Shown one piece after another: positions 8,253 through 17,078 of a stretch of DNA of 44,400 bases; positions within the stretch are counted from its first letter, which is position 1, and every line of letters begins with the position of its first letter. The stretch is from a virus (Duplodnaviria; Caudoviricetes): the IMG/VR virus record IMGVR_UViG_3300027851_000048, positions 1 through 44,400 of that record. One strand, given 5' to 3'. A program made the translations under genes and the position numbers. The notes beneath the pieces were generated by a model. The model made no database searches, had not been told where the DNA came from, and saw only the letters and a program-made list of their open reading frames with translations.

Positions 8253-9494
8253 GCTGCATCAACCTCCAAAAATTCCGGCTCGCCGAGCAAGCACGACAAG
8301 TGCTGCTGCAGCCTGAAGCGGTACGACTCCATTGCCGACGCATCGCAGGCGAGCGGATCGGCAATCACCCATGTCGAAGGCCACCCCATCAACCAGCTCG
8401 CGAAAAGCGGGCTCAAGTGCCGGCGCGAGGTAGGGGTGAGCATCGAGGATGACGGGCCATCCGGGATCTGCTGGGCCAGGGGCGAAAACGCCGCGAAGTT
8501 CGCTAGTTGGTCCATGTGCTTCCTGCCCCCCCCCTGTCAGCGTGCAATGCGTTTCCGAGTTCGCACCCTTGCCATCGCGGGCTGCAGGCGTCGGCCATTG
8601 CACCGACGCGACAGTTGGGGGTAGGCCGGCACCGTTCCCGTTCTTGTGTTTCAACTTCAGTTTCTGTGCTCGTGCATGCCATGTTTCCGGGCTTTCGCCA
8701 TCGTTCACCACGGCTGCGCTCGGGGTCGGCCACATCTGCGCCACCGTCGGCAGTCCGATGGTCACTTTGGTGTCGGCTCGCTTCTGCGCTGCAGGGGCCA
8801 CTTTGCTCATATCCCGTGCTGCACTGCATACGTCCGGCGTCGGCCACTGCACAGCCTGTTCCCGAATATTCGGTCCCATGCGGCCATTGCTGTAGGTGCT
8901 CGTGTTGCAGTCTGGCGTCGCCCATGCCTCGCCACGCGAGGCAGAACCATCGCGCCCGGCCGTGGCTGGCGCCCACATCGGACGCTGAAAGAGTGAGCCA
9001 TTCCGCATTCCACCCGCGGTCGGCCAGTTCTCCCAGGACTCGGGCGGCTGCGCGCTCTTCCAGTTCGCCTTCGGCTTCGTCCACAACGGTGGCGGTGGCA
9101 GAAGCGATGCCTGCGACGTTCTCCAGAACAACGAGCCACGCACCGCAATCGTCGGCAATGCGCAGGACTTCGAAGAACAGTCCTGACCGCTTGCCGTCAA
9201 GCCCAGCGCGGCGCCCGGCAACACTGAGGTCTTGACACGGGAAACCCGCAACGACGCAATCCACTGCTCCGCGCCACGCGCGAGCGTCGAAGGTGCATAC
9301 GTCGGACCAGACAGGAGTCGGGTCCAGTCCGCCGCCTTCGCTGTGCGCCGCCAGTACAGCGCCGGCGTAAGCTTCCCGCTCGACGTAACAGACGCAGCGA
9401 GTGTCGACGCCCAGGTATCGGAGCCCAGCTCGCACTCCTTCGCCGAGCATGCCGACGCCGGCAAAAAGCTCGATGGTATGTAGAGCCATGTCAC
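8249..9494 (-). CDS. Alternative-frame beta subunit of the C5 methyltransferase (WPTP repeats and motif IX-like), frameshifted at the same G9 tract
   Basis: An open frame overlaps the entire alpha gene and carries W(P/A)TP repeats. Removing one G joins it to LSPLFASWLMGWPSTW (motif IX-like), giving 414 aa. GTGA and ATGA coupling at both ends. Confidence 0.75.
8259..9489 (-). CDS. C5 cytosine DNA methyltransferase alpha subunit (motifs I-VIII and X), frameshifted at a G9 tract
   Basis: ELFAGVG (I), GFPCQD (IV), ENV (VI) and H.R.R (VIII). As sequenced it stops at 8503. Removing one G at 8526-8534 joins it to RLRCVGNGVVP (motif X), giving 409 aa. Confidence 0.85.
8526..8534 (-). repeat. Homopolymeric G9 tract (candidate slipped-strand switch)
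   Basis: C9 on the + strand, exactly where both overlapping frames cross over. Confidence 0.9.
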
Positions 9495-11239
9495 GCAGCC
9501 TCCCGCATCTGCCCCACCACGCCACCCTCAATCCAGTGCGCCCCGATCGTCTCCGGCAAGCCGCCCGGCAGCGTCTTGAGCGTGCCGAACACCAGCGCTG
9601 TGTCGATCTCGTCATCTGCCGCGAGCTGGTCGAGCCATTCGAGCGCATCGGCGCGGCCGGCCAAGTCCAGCACATCGAAGCGATCGAGCACCAGCAGGCG
9701 CAGGCCGGACAGATGGCTGACCGCCTCGGCGATCATTGCGTCGGCGCGCCACTTCTCGGACTCGCTGAGTAGCGCGTAGGGGCGACACAGGCTCTCCACG
9801 CGGTGGTAAGCGGCGCTTATCGACATGTCGCGCCCAATGTGGACTTGCATCCATTGCGCGCGCAGCGATGAGGTATCAAGCCGATCGTTGATCGGCTCCA
9901 GCGCCTCGGCCAGCATGTCGCCCGGGATGCCGTCCGGCGACAGCGCGTCGGCGATCTCCAGCCACGCAAGCACGTCGGCGTGATGGCGGGCAGCCTGTTC
10001 GATCACCCGGTCCTTCTGCGCCTCCTGCTCGGCCAGCGACTGGTATTTGGCGACATCGGTGCGCCACGCGTCGCGTGCCTCTGTCTTCTGCTGCACGTCC
10101 TCGCGCAGCTCGTCGAGGTTCGGCGCTTCGGCGTCATCGGGCGCGAGTTCCTTCAGCGCGGTTTCAGCGGCTTCGGCAGCCGCCAGATCGCGCCGCCCAT
10201 TGTTCACCGCGCTCTGCATCAGGTCGCGTGCGCGCTCCTTCTCCGGCAGCGTCGCCGCGGCGTCGGCGTCGAAACTGTATTCCGGCTCGACGTACTCAAT
10301 CAGCGCGCCATCAGCCGGCCTGTGTGTGAGCACGACCGCGCAGCACGGGCAGTTGTAGGTCGGCACCTTCTCGGGCTTGTGGCCAGCTTTCGCGCGGGTG
10401 TCCGCGACGACCTTCTGCCACTCAGCGAACTCGGCTTCGTCCTTGGCGAGCTTGGCGCGGATACGGTCGATGCGGCCGGCGCGCTCTTCAAGCTGGGCGC
10501 GCCGCTGTTCCTGCTCTTCGCGCGCTCGGGCGGCCGACTGCGCGGCACCCAGCGCCTGCTGCGCTGTGGACAGGGCCGCGTCGGCTTCCTTGAGCTTCGC
10601 GCGGGAGTTCTCCAGCAACTGCGGTGCGCGGCCGGCGTCATCGGGCAGCGCGGCCGGGCGCCAGCCGGCGGACTTTTCCTTGCCCCACGTCTCGCCACCG
10701 GTCACGGTTTTCCACGCGGCTTTTGCATCGCGCGCCTTGCCTTGGGCCTCTTTGCATGCGGCCTCGAAGCCGGCCTTGAGCAGCGGCATGACCAGCGCGA
10801 CGCGGGCGTCGTCAAAGCCTTTGTCGGCCAGCCGCTTCTTCACGGCTTCGCCGCTTGAGCTGAGGCCCATCAAGCCGAACAGGAACGCCCGGCGCTCGTC
10901 CGGCGACAGGCGAGCGAATCGCTGGGCGTCAAGCGCGTAGCTGATGGCGCCCTCTTCAAAGCAAGTACCCTTGCCGCTCGGCAGCGCGACAGCGTAGGCG
11001 CCGCCGTCTGATACGACCTCGACGAAGCCGGACTCAGCGCCCTCAGTCAGCAGTGCGCCATATTCCTTCTTCAGACTGACGCGCACCGTTTCACCGGTGA
11101 GCGCGTGGCGGACGGCTTCCTGCAGCGAAGACTTGCCTGCGGCGTTGGCGCCAGCGAACAGATTCACCGGGCGGGTCAGCGCGACATCAGCCGCGCGGAT
11201 GCCCAAGTAATTCTGGGCTGAGATTCGGGTGATTTTCAT
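9491..11239 (-). CDS. SMC/SbcC-like AAA ATPase
   Basis: Walker [10 protein letters not shown], long coiled coil with a CPCC Zn-hook, signature LSESE and Walker B LLVLDRFD. Confidence 0.88.
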   Translation of the reverse strand: MKITRISAQNYLGIRAADVALTRPVNLFAGANAAGKSSLQEAVRHALTGETVRVSLKKEYGALLTEGAESGFVEVVSDGGAYAVALPSGKGTCFEEGAISYALDAQRFARLSPDERRAFLFGLMGLSSSGEAVKKRLADKGFDDARVALVMPLLKAGFEAACKEAQGKARDAKAAWKTVTGGETWGKEKSAGWRPAALPDDAGRAPQLLENSRAKLKEADAALSTAQQALGAAQSAARAREEQEQRRAQLEERAGRIDRIRAKLAKDEAEFAEWQKVVADTRAKAGHKPEKVPTYNCPCCAVVLTHRPADGALIEYVEPEYSFDADAAATLPEKERARDLMQSAVNNGRRDLAAAEAAETALKELAPDDAEAPNLDELREDVQQKTEARDAWRTDVAKYQSLAEQEAQKDRVIEQAARHHADVLAWLEIADALSPDGIPGDMLAEALEPINDRLDTSSLRAQWMQVHIGRDMSISAAYHRVESLCRPYALLSESEKWRADAMIAEAVSHLSGLRLLVLDRFDVLDLAGRADALEWLDQLAADDEIDTALVFGTLKTLPGGLPETIGAHWIEGGVVGQMREAA

Positions 11240-12363
11240 GCTGCGAGTACCTCACGCTGTCCGGTGGAATTCATGGGGCTGACGACACCGGCTTGCTCCA
11301 TCTGCTCGATCAGACGCGCCGCGCGGTTGTAGCCAATCTGAAGATGGCGCTGAATGAGCGATATGGACGGGCGCCCAGTCTTCTTCACAACCTCAACCGC
11401 CTGGTCGTACAGCGGGTCAGGATCGCCGTCGTTTGCCGAACCTTCGGCGCGTTCAACGAGGTCGTCACGCTTCGGCACTTCGATGCCGCCGTGGGCCGCC
11501 GCCAGCGCCAAGAAGGCCTGCTCGATCTCGGCAGCCTCCAGCAGGAACTGCGCGTCGAAGTTCTCAATCTCGTCGTCGGCCGGCTGCTGCGACTCGGTGA
11601 GCACGTCGAGCATCTGAATCCGCTTCAGCTCCAGTTCGCTGCCAAGGATGAAGCTCATGCGGTCGCGGAATGTGAGGCCAAGGTGTTCGGCGCGCTTGCC
11701 CTGCGCGATGTGGTGCCGGATCTCTTCGGCGTCAAGGCTGTGCCGCGTGTAGCTGACTGCGGCCTTGCTCTCGGACGACGACACCAGCTTGCAATCGGTG
11801 TCGATCGTGAATTGCTCCGGCGCCTCGTCAGCGGCGAGCCAGGAGGTCATGGCACTCGCAGGCGTGATCTGCGTGTTCATCAGCGACACCGGCATGTTCT
11901 CCAGCGCCTCGCGCATGGCGTCGATTGCCTCCTCGGCGCGGTTCGCGCTGGCGGCAGCCACGATCAGTAGGCCGCGCTGGCGACAGATCCACGCCAGCGT
12001 CTGGCGCTTGCGTGTGAAGGCCAGCTCCAGCAGTTCGCGGGTGACCTGATCCTTGATCTCGCGCACCTCACGACGGCCGGGCTTGTAGCCTTGCTCCAGC
12101 TCAATGTCGGCGACTCGGATGTCGACGTGCTCCTGTATCACGGCAGCAGGCAGCAGCTTTTCCTCGACTTGGAAACACACGAGATAGCGCCCATGGACTT
12201 CGTGACACAGTTCGGCTTGGTCGCGTGGCGGCACAAAGCCGCTGGAGTCGATCTGCGACGGCGAACACGGCTGGAAGGTGCGGCGCGACAGCAGCTCGGC
12301 GGTCCCGGCTGCGTCCCACGGCCAGCCGGTCGGGAGGTGGTAGGCGATTGCGTTTCTGAACAT
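11236..12363 (-). CDS. rdgC: Recombination-associated protein RdgC fused to a C-terminal FtsK gamma domain
   Basis: RdgC motifs [11 protein letters not shown]...Q..S.GFVPP and EEKLLPA.VI. The C-terminus [11 protein letters not shown]...[28 protein letters not shown] is FtsK gamma. Confidence 0.9.
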   Translation of the reverse strand: MFRNAIAYHLPTGWPWDAAGTAELLSRRTFQPCSPSQIDSSGFVPPRDQAELCHEVHGRYLVCFQVEEKLLPAAVIQEHVDIRVADIELEQGYKPGRREVREIKDQVTRELLELAFTRKRQTLAWICRQRGLLIVAAASANRAEEAIDAMREALENMPVSLMNTQITPASAMTSWLAADEAPEQFTIDTDCKLVSSSESKAAVSYTRHSLDAEEIRHHIAQGKRAEHLGLTFRDRMSFILGSELELKRIQMLDVLTESQQPADDEIENFDAQFLLEAAEIEQAFLALAAAHGGIEVPKRDDLVERAEGSANDGDPDPLYDQAVEVVKKTGRPSISLIQRHLQIGYNRAARLIEQMEQAGVVSPMNSTGQREVLAA

Positions 12364-12369
12364 GGCGGC

Positions 12370-13299
12370 TTACTCCAGATTCATCGCGCGCTGACCGCGA
12401 CCACGCGGCGCACTGGGCGGCTGTTCGCCACCCGCTTCGGCCAGCTCGCGCGCGCGGATCGCTGCCTCTTCTTCAGGCGTCGGAACCCAGTCGCCGGCCG
12501 ACTGCTGGACGGTGGCGGGCGGTACGCGGTTGGTGCTGCCCTGTTCGATCTGGCGCAGCTCGTTGTCCTGTCGGCGGTCCATGTCGGCCGGGCTTTCGGG
12601 CTTCTCAGGGGAGGGTTCCGCCGTTGTCGGGGCTGCGTCGCGCAAGGCATTCAGGTCGACCGAGAACCCGCCCCGGCCGTCCGGTGACGCTTCGAACGTG
12701 TCCTGGATATCCTCGACGGTCTGAAGACCCATGCCGAGTTCGGGTGCGTAGGCGCGCTGCCAGAAAGCCGCGCAGCGATACACGAACATCTGGTCGGGCA
12801 TCGTTTTCCACTTGCTGCCGTTCTTCGAATCCCAACCCTCGGCGCGCACCATGGCCCACGTCACCCAGATTCCGTCCAGACGCTCACCGGTTTCTCGTTC
12901 AATCGCCCAGGCGCGGCAGCCGTAGTCCGCTTCGCCTGGCTTGCCCTTCCATTCGTAGCGCAGCGAGCTGTATCGGCCGCTTGCGTTGATCGTCGCGATC
13001 AGGAACTTCGACGACCAACCCGGTGTGCCATGCACGATGTACAGGTTCTGCATGACCATGAGCGGGTTCGCGCCGATGCGCTGAGCCATGTCCATCGCGA
13101 TCATGCAGTTGGCTAGATTCCCCTGGTACTGCTTGGGCACGAGGTCGGACGAGGCAAAGGCCTTGCTCACGCGCTGGATCAACTCGAAGGCCTGCAGGTC
13201 GAAAAAGCCGGCGCGCACGGCCGGCAATGTGTTCTCGCGCGGCGCGGTCTGCTGGCTGCGCAGCGCGGTGACGCTTGTGTTGTTCGCGGGTGCGTTCAT
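12370..13299 (-). CDS. RecT/Bet-like ssDNA-annealing recombinase
   Basis: S.LVPKQYQG..ANC.IA.....R.G..P..VMQNLY.VHG.P.W and SKWKTMPDQM..YR.A.FW.R.YAPE; adjacent to the exonuclease. Confidence 0.8.
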   Translation of the reverse strand: MNAPANNTSVTALRSQQTAPRENTLPAVRAGFFDLQAFELIQRVSKAFASSDLVPKQYQGNLANCMIAMDMAQRIGANPLMVMQNLYIVHGTPGWSSKFLIATINASGRYSSLRYEWKGKPGEADYGCRAWAIERETGERLDGIWVTWAMVRAEGWDSKNGSKWKTMPDQMFVYRCAAFWQRAYAPELGMGLQTVEDIQDTFEASPDGRGGFSVDLNALRDAAPTTAEPSPEKPESPADMDRRQDNELRQIEQGSTNRVPPATVQQSAGDWVPTPEEEAAIRARELAEAGGEQPPSAPRGRGQRAMNLE

Positions 13300-13321
13300 G
13301 GTCTTGTTGTCCTCGTGTTGG

Positions 13322-14167
13322 TCAGTCGTGGTAGCGGCAGTGCGCGGCGTAGGCCGGGCAATACTTGTTGCTGCAGAGCATGCTTTTCGGGTTCGGCGGG
13401 AAGATCCCGTCGCGAAGCATTCGCGCGGCGATCTCGATCAGGCCGGGATGCTCTTCAGTGCCGAGAAGCGGCGTTTTCACGTCCGCGATCTCACCGGTAC
13501 CGCACGGCGTTTCCTTGGTCGTCTGCAGGCCGATGATTTCAGCGGGCGCCTCCATGCGCTCACCGCTGGCCTGCTCGGCCATCAGCGTGTAGATACCGAG
13601 CTGGAGGTGGTGTCCTTTGGTGACAGCCCGGCGGCTGCCGTCCGGCGCCTTTTCCGTCGCGCGGCCACCGGTCTTGATGTCGCTGATTCCGCGGCGTCCG
13701 TCTTCCAGCACACGGACGCGATCGGTCGTTCCAGTGACACGAACGACGCCGTGTTCGGTGGCGATGTCCAGCGCCTCGCATTCGAGCTCAACCGCCGAAT
13801 AGGTGCGGATCGGCGCAATCTCGTTGCAGTACCGCGTCGTAAGCTTGATGGCGAAGCTGTCGGCCTCGTTCGGCGACAGGTCTTCATCCCAGGCAACCTC
13901 GTATTCCGGGTGCGCGAGGTTGTCGCGTGCCGCGTCGACCGCGTCGGTGACACTGATCGACGAGCCGTCAATCAGGCGGGCCGCGTCAAATGCCGCGGTG
14001 CCGGCATGCACTGCAGTGCCGAGCGCGGCGGCGCCGGATGACGGGCTCCTCAGCCCGACAATGTTCTGCCAGTACCAACGGTGCCCGCAGTCGAACAGGG
14101 ATGGCCACGAGCTGGCGCGGATAGTTGCCAGCGGCTCGATGCCGTTGATGCGTTCGGGTGCATTCAT
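13322..14167 (-). CDS. PD-(D/E)XK exonuclease (Cas4/RecB-like, probable Fe-S cysteines)
   Basis: GTAVH, GTTD, DIKTG and QLGIY; one N-terminal Cys plus a C-terminal C...YC......C. Confidence 0.88.
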   Translation of the reverse strand: MNAPERINGIEPLATIRASSWPSLFDCGHRWYWQNIVGLRSPSSGAAALGTAVHAGTAAFDAARLIDGSSISVTDAVDAARDNLAHPEYEVAWDEDLSPNEADSFAIKLTTRYCNEIAPIRTYSAVELECEALDIATEHGVVRVTGTTDRVRVLEDGRRGISDIKTGGRATEKAPDGSRRAVTKGHHLQLGIYTLMAEQASGERMEAPAEIIGLQTTKETPCGTGEIADVKTPLLGTEEHPGLIEIAARMLRDGIFPPNPKSMLCSNKYCPAYAAHCRYHD

Positions 14168-14421
14168 CGAATAGCTCCAATCAGTTTCAACCGGCGCGAT
14201 GCCTGCCGGCGCTCTTCCCGCGCAATGCGCAGGGCTTCCAGATGCGCGACGTGTCTTGAGTGATCCGGGCAGATCGTCATTGCGTCGGCGCCGATCCACT
14301 CGTCAGCCGCCAGCGTTGTTCTTGACCCGAGCGCAGCCATCGCAGCGTGACGCTCGTCGAGCCAAGCGCGAACCACGCGCAGACGGGCCCGGAGTCGAGC
14401 AGCAGCGCGGCGCCTATTCAT
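14164..14421 (-). CDS. Hypothetical protein
   Basis: ATGA-coupled to the exonuclease. Confidence 0.55.
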   Translation of the reverse strand: MNRRRAAARLRARLRVVRAWLDERHAAMAALGSRTTLAADEWIGADAMTICPDHSRHVAHLEALRIAREERRQASRRLKLIGAIR

Positions 14422-14527
14422 CGCTCGCCCCGATCTCGTCGTCGTCCGGGCAGCGCTCGTCGAATTCCAGCACCCGACCAAGCGCCAGCATGATTAGCCC
14501 GTAGGCCATTGCGATTAGCGCCTCCAT
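14414..14527 (-). CDS. Small hypothetical membrane peptide (MEALIAMAYGLIMLALG..., 37 aa; not in the ORF track)
   Basis: GGAGG RBS and TGATG coupling; hydrophobic N-terminal half. Confidence 0.6.
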   Translation of the reverse strand: MEALIAMAYGLIMLALGRVLEFDERCPDDDEIGASDE

Positions 14528-14769
14528 CACACACCTCCTTTGCGCGCGGCGAGCATGGCGTCGGCCATTGCGTATGCATCCATCGCGACGCCAATCCGCC
14601 AGTTTTCATCCGGGAACTCATCGCAGATTAAGTGGCATGTCGGCAACGCCTTAACCGCGAAATAATCGCGCAGCGTCATGCCGGGGTTGAAGTGGTACGG
14701 AGTTCCGTCTGGGTTCTTTTCCTCGTAAGGAAACGCCGGCCCACCGTTCGGTGCATCTTTCGGGTCCAT
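14527..14769 (-). CDS. Conserved phage protein (GGPAFP...GMTLRDYFA...AY..ADAML family)
   Basis: Recognisable motif and GGAGG RBS. Confidence 0.85.
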   Translation of the reverse strand: MDPKDAPNGGPAFPYEEKNPDGTPYHFNPGMTLRDYFAVKALPTCHLICDEFPDENWRIGVAMDAYAMADAMLAARKGGV

Positions 14770-14999
14770 CACACACCTCCGACGCGCACAATCAGCGATA
14801 TTTTTCTTACACGAGACGATTCACTTACTGACACCACAAGCCCCGCCGATTCGGCGAAAAGCAGCACGCAGTTGCCTTCATCTGTGTCCTCAATCTTCAT
14901 GCAGTAGTCGCCGTCAGAATCAACAAAGCAATCACCTTTATCCATCTGCCCAAACTCAACCGCTTGGCCTTTATGGCTATCTTCAAACGTCATCGTCAT
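14769..14999 (-). CDS. Hypothetical protein (lower GC)
   Basis: GGAGG RBS and TGATG coupling. Confidence 0.7.
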   Translation of the reverse strand: MTMTFEDSHKGQAVEFGQMDKGDCFVDSDGDYCMKIEDTDEGNCVLLFAESAGLVVSVSESSRVRKISLIVRVGGV

Positions 15000-15115
15000 C
15001 ACACACCTCCAGTCAGGAGCAGGACGATGCCTGCGGTGGGGATCAGCACCAGCGCGCAATCGATCGCCAGTGCGCGCAGTTCATAGGGCGTGGCCTTGCG
15101 GGTCAGGTCGTTCAT
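14999..15115 (-). CDS. Small hypothetical membrane peptide (38 aa)
   Basis: MNDLTRK...ALVLIPTAGIVLLLTGGV; coupled overlaps. Confidence 0.6.
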   Translation of the reverse strand: MNDLTRKATPYELRALAIDCALVLIPTAGIVLLLTGGV

Positions 15116-15342
15116 GCCGGAACACTCGCGCAGTCGGTATGCACCGCGCTCCGGTCGGTCTGTTCGTAGGCGTCGAGCGCGCTGCGGTCGGACAGCGTGC
15201 AGACGGAACCGTAGTCGCGCCGAGCAACCGAACCGGCCGGGATGAATTCGCTGGCGTCGAGCGTCACGCACTCGCCCCGCCGAAACCCGGCACGCAGCAG
15301 GGACGGGGCGACGTAGCCGGTCAGGACCGGTGCGGGCTTCAT
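15112..15342 (-). CDS. Hypothetical protein
   Basis: ATGA-coupled in the PL operon. Confidence 0.6.
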   Translation of the reverse strand: MKPAPVLTGYVAPSLLRAGFRRGECVTLDASEFIPAGSVARRDYGSVCTLSDRSALDAYEQTDRSAVHTDCASVPA

Positions 15343-15686
15343 TGCAGCGCCCCTGCGAAGCAGATTCCTGCAATCAGGGCGCGGTTCGCTGCGGCACGGG
15401 ACTCGCGCGCTTCGTCCTCGAAATCGGCGGCAACGTCTTCGCCGCGGGACTGGATCGCGATCTCGGCAAGCGGCATGACGATGTGCGTCTCGCGAGCCTG
15501 CTGCAGCGCGACCATCAGCGCGTCAGGCGTGTCGCATGTGGCCATCGCCACGAGCACGGCGCCGCTGAACATCTCGATGTCGGCGCCGTTGTATTCGAGC
15601 GAGCCAGACGGCATGCGGCCGCGCTGCTCGATCTGGCTCCGTACCTGTGCTTCGATGACTGCTTCGGCCTGCTGTCTGGTGTCCAT
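15339..15686 (-). CDS. Hypothetical protein, first gene of the PL operon
   Basis: GGAGGG RBS before ATG 15686, downstream of the PL promoter. Confidence 0.7.
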   Translation of the reverse strand: MDTRQQAEAVIEAQVRSQIEQRGRMPSGSLEYNGADIEMFSGAVLVAMATCDTPDALMVALQQARETHIVMPLAEIAIQSRGEDVAADFEDEARESRAAANRALIAGICFAGALQ

Positions 15687-15720
15687 CGGTGCGCCCTCCG
15701 GGTGCGTTGTCGATGGAGTA

Positions 15721-15762
15721 ATTATCGGACATCCGAAAATAGATGTCAATCGGAAAACCGAA
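15721..15762 (-). promoter_or_regulatory. PL early promoter with two operators (OL)
   Basis: TTGACA (15749-15744), 17 bp, GATAAT (15726-15721). Operators ATCGGACATCCGAA (15724) and ATCGGAAAACCGAA (15749). Confidence 0.85.
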
Positions 15763-15809
15763 AATAAATTACGCGGAAGGTTACAGCGGCCCGACGTACT
15801 GCTTTCGGC

Positions 15810-16136
15810 CTACTGATTTTCTGGTGCGAGCGACTTGATGGTTTCAGCCAGGTGCTGCTGGGTATTCGGGGTGAGTTTGCGGAACGCCGTCAAAATCTCT
15901 TGCTCTTCGGGGGTCGGAATAAGCAACTCCCCCTCCTCACCATAAACGATCCAACGTGCAGACTTGCCCAAGACTTCGGTCATCTTCTGTAGCACCTTAG
16001 CCGATGGGAGATGTGAATCCCCCTTCTCGATCTCAGAAAGAGTGCTCTGCGCGCAACCGATAGCCTTGGCAAATTCGCCTTGCTTGTAACCAGCCGACTC
16101 GCGAGCGCTCTTTATCCGCTGCCCGGGTGTTTGCAT
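15810..16136 (-). CDS. CI-like repressor, XRE HTH, no peptidase domain
   Basis: GQRIKSARESAGYKQGEFAKAIGCAQSTLSEIEKG; divergent from cro; probably leaderless. Confidence 0.88.
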   Translation of the reverse strand: MQTPGQRIKSARESAGYKQGEFAKAIGCAQSTLSEIEKGDSHLPSAKVLQKMTEVLGKSARWIVYGEEGELLIPTPEEQEILTAFRKLTPNTQQHLAETIKSLAPENQ

Positions 16137-16145
16137 GGTCCGGAC

Positions 16146-16225
16146 ATTGTCCACAATCCTACCTTCGGAGTGCCGATATAAAAAGTGCGCGAGGTCTTGA
16201 CTTTGAACATCGGAACTCCGAAACT
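16146..16225. promoter_or_regulatory. PR/PRM region with two operators (OR)
   Basis: PR: TTGACT (16197), 17 bp, GAAACT (16220). Operators TTCGGAGTGCCGAT (16164) and ATCGGAACTCCGAA (16209). An extended -10 TGnGACAAT on the minus strand lies before cI. Confidence 0.8.
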
Positions 16226-16231
16226 TAGGGC

Positions 16232-16426
16232 ATGACACCACAAGACCTCCTCTCTCACTTCAAAACGCAGTCGGCCATCGCGAGGGCTTTGGGCTGCGCG
16301 CAGTCGAGCGTTTCCGAATGGTTTGACGCTGGCCGCATACCTGAGGGCCGGCAATATCAGATTGAGCTTGCAACGGAAGGTGCGTTGCGCGCTTCCCGTC
16401 CGGCGCTCAGGGCGTCCGTCGAATGA
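16232..16426 (+). CDS. Cro-like regulator
   Basis: MTPQDLLSHFKTQSAIARALGCAQSSVSEW...IPEGRQYQIELATEGALRA. Confidence 0.9.
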   Translation: MTPQDLLSHFKTQSAIARALGCAQSSVSEWFDAGRIPEGRQYQIELATEGALRASRPALRASVE

Positions 16427-16694
16427 ACAACATCTCCTCCGTCGTGGGTTCGCACAACCACGGCTTCACGCCGCGCGGCATCCACGTCGACCGGCTGCGC
16501 GGCCTTTCTACACATCACTCGCGCCAGCATCAGCGCGAGGTACCAGCGCGGCAGTTGCTCGAGCACGGCGGCGGTCGCGAGGACTTCGGGCGGGTCGGTG
16601 TAGGTCTTCATGGCCGCATCGTCTTTTTTTTGCCTGAATTTGTCTGTCCGTGCATGTCCGTGAATTACGGACAACGGCTGAGCAGGGGGCTTTC

Positions 16695-17078
16695 ATGCAA
16701 CTAGGGCTAATGCACGAGTCGATCAGTGATGCGCTGCGCGAGGTTGTCCAGGCGTGCGGGGGATCTAAGCCAGTTGGGCAAAAGATGCGCCCGGAGCTTC
16801 CAATCGAGCAGGCCGCAGGCTGGGTGCGTGACTGCCTCAATCCCGAGAAGCGCGACAAATTCAGCGCGGACCAGGTCGTGCTGCTGCTGCGCATGGGACG
16901 TGAGGTCGGGGCGCACGCCGGAATGCTGTACCTAGCGCGGGAGTGCGGCTACGCGGACCCGCAGCCGATCGAACCGGAGTCCGAAGTCGCGCGGCTTCAG
17001 CGCGATTACATCGAGGCAACCAAGCTGCTGATGCGGACGGCCAGCCGGATCGAGACATTGCAGATGAGGCAAGCATGA
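16695..17078 (+). CDS. CII-like regulatory protein
   Basis: Position after cro and the DAL..VVQA.GGSK.VG...DCLNPE.R.K pattern. Confidence 0.7.
   Translation: MQLGLMHESISDALREVVQACGGSKPVGQKMRPELPIEQAAGWVRDCLNPEKRDKFSADQVVLLLRMGREVGAHAGMLYLARECGYADPQPIEPESEVARLQRDYIEATKLLMRTASRIETLQMRQA

Larger units (their letters stand above)
14525..15010 (-). repeat. Three perfect 14-bp gene-junction repeats GGAGGTGTGTGATG
   Basis: catcacacacctcc on the + strand at 14525-14538, 14767-14780 and 14997-15010. Confidence 0.9.

Noticed and set aside
12608-12615. KOPS-like GGGGAGGG near the RdgC-FtsK gamma gene
   Set aside because: A single octamer in GC-rich coding DNA is expected by chance, and no systematic count was possible.
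13322-14167. Cas4-like nuclease suggesting a CRISPR system
   Set aside because: No repeat-spacer array or other cas genes. It sits beside the RecT-like gene as the usual recombination exonuclease.
14525-15010. Regularly spaced 14-bp repeats as a mini CRISPR array
   Set aside because: The repeats are too short, the spacers are about 220-230 bp whole genes, and the repeat is an RBS-stop-start signal.
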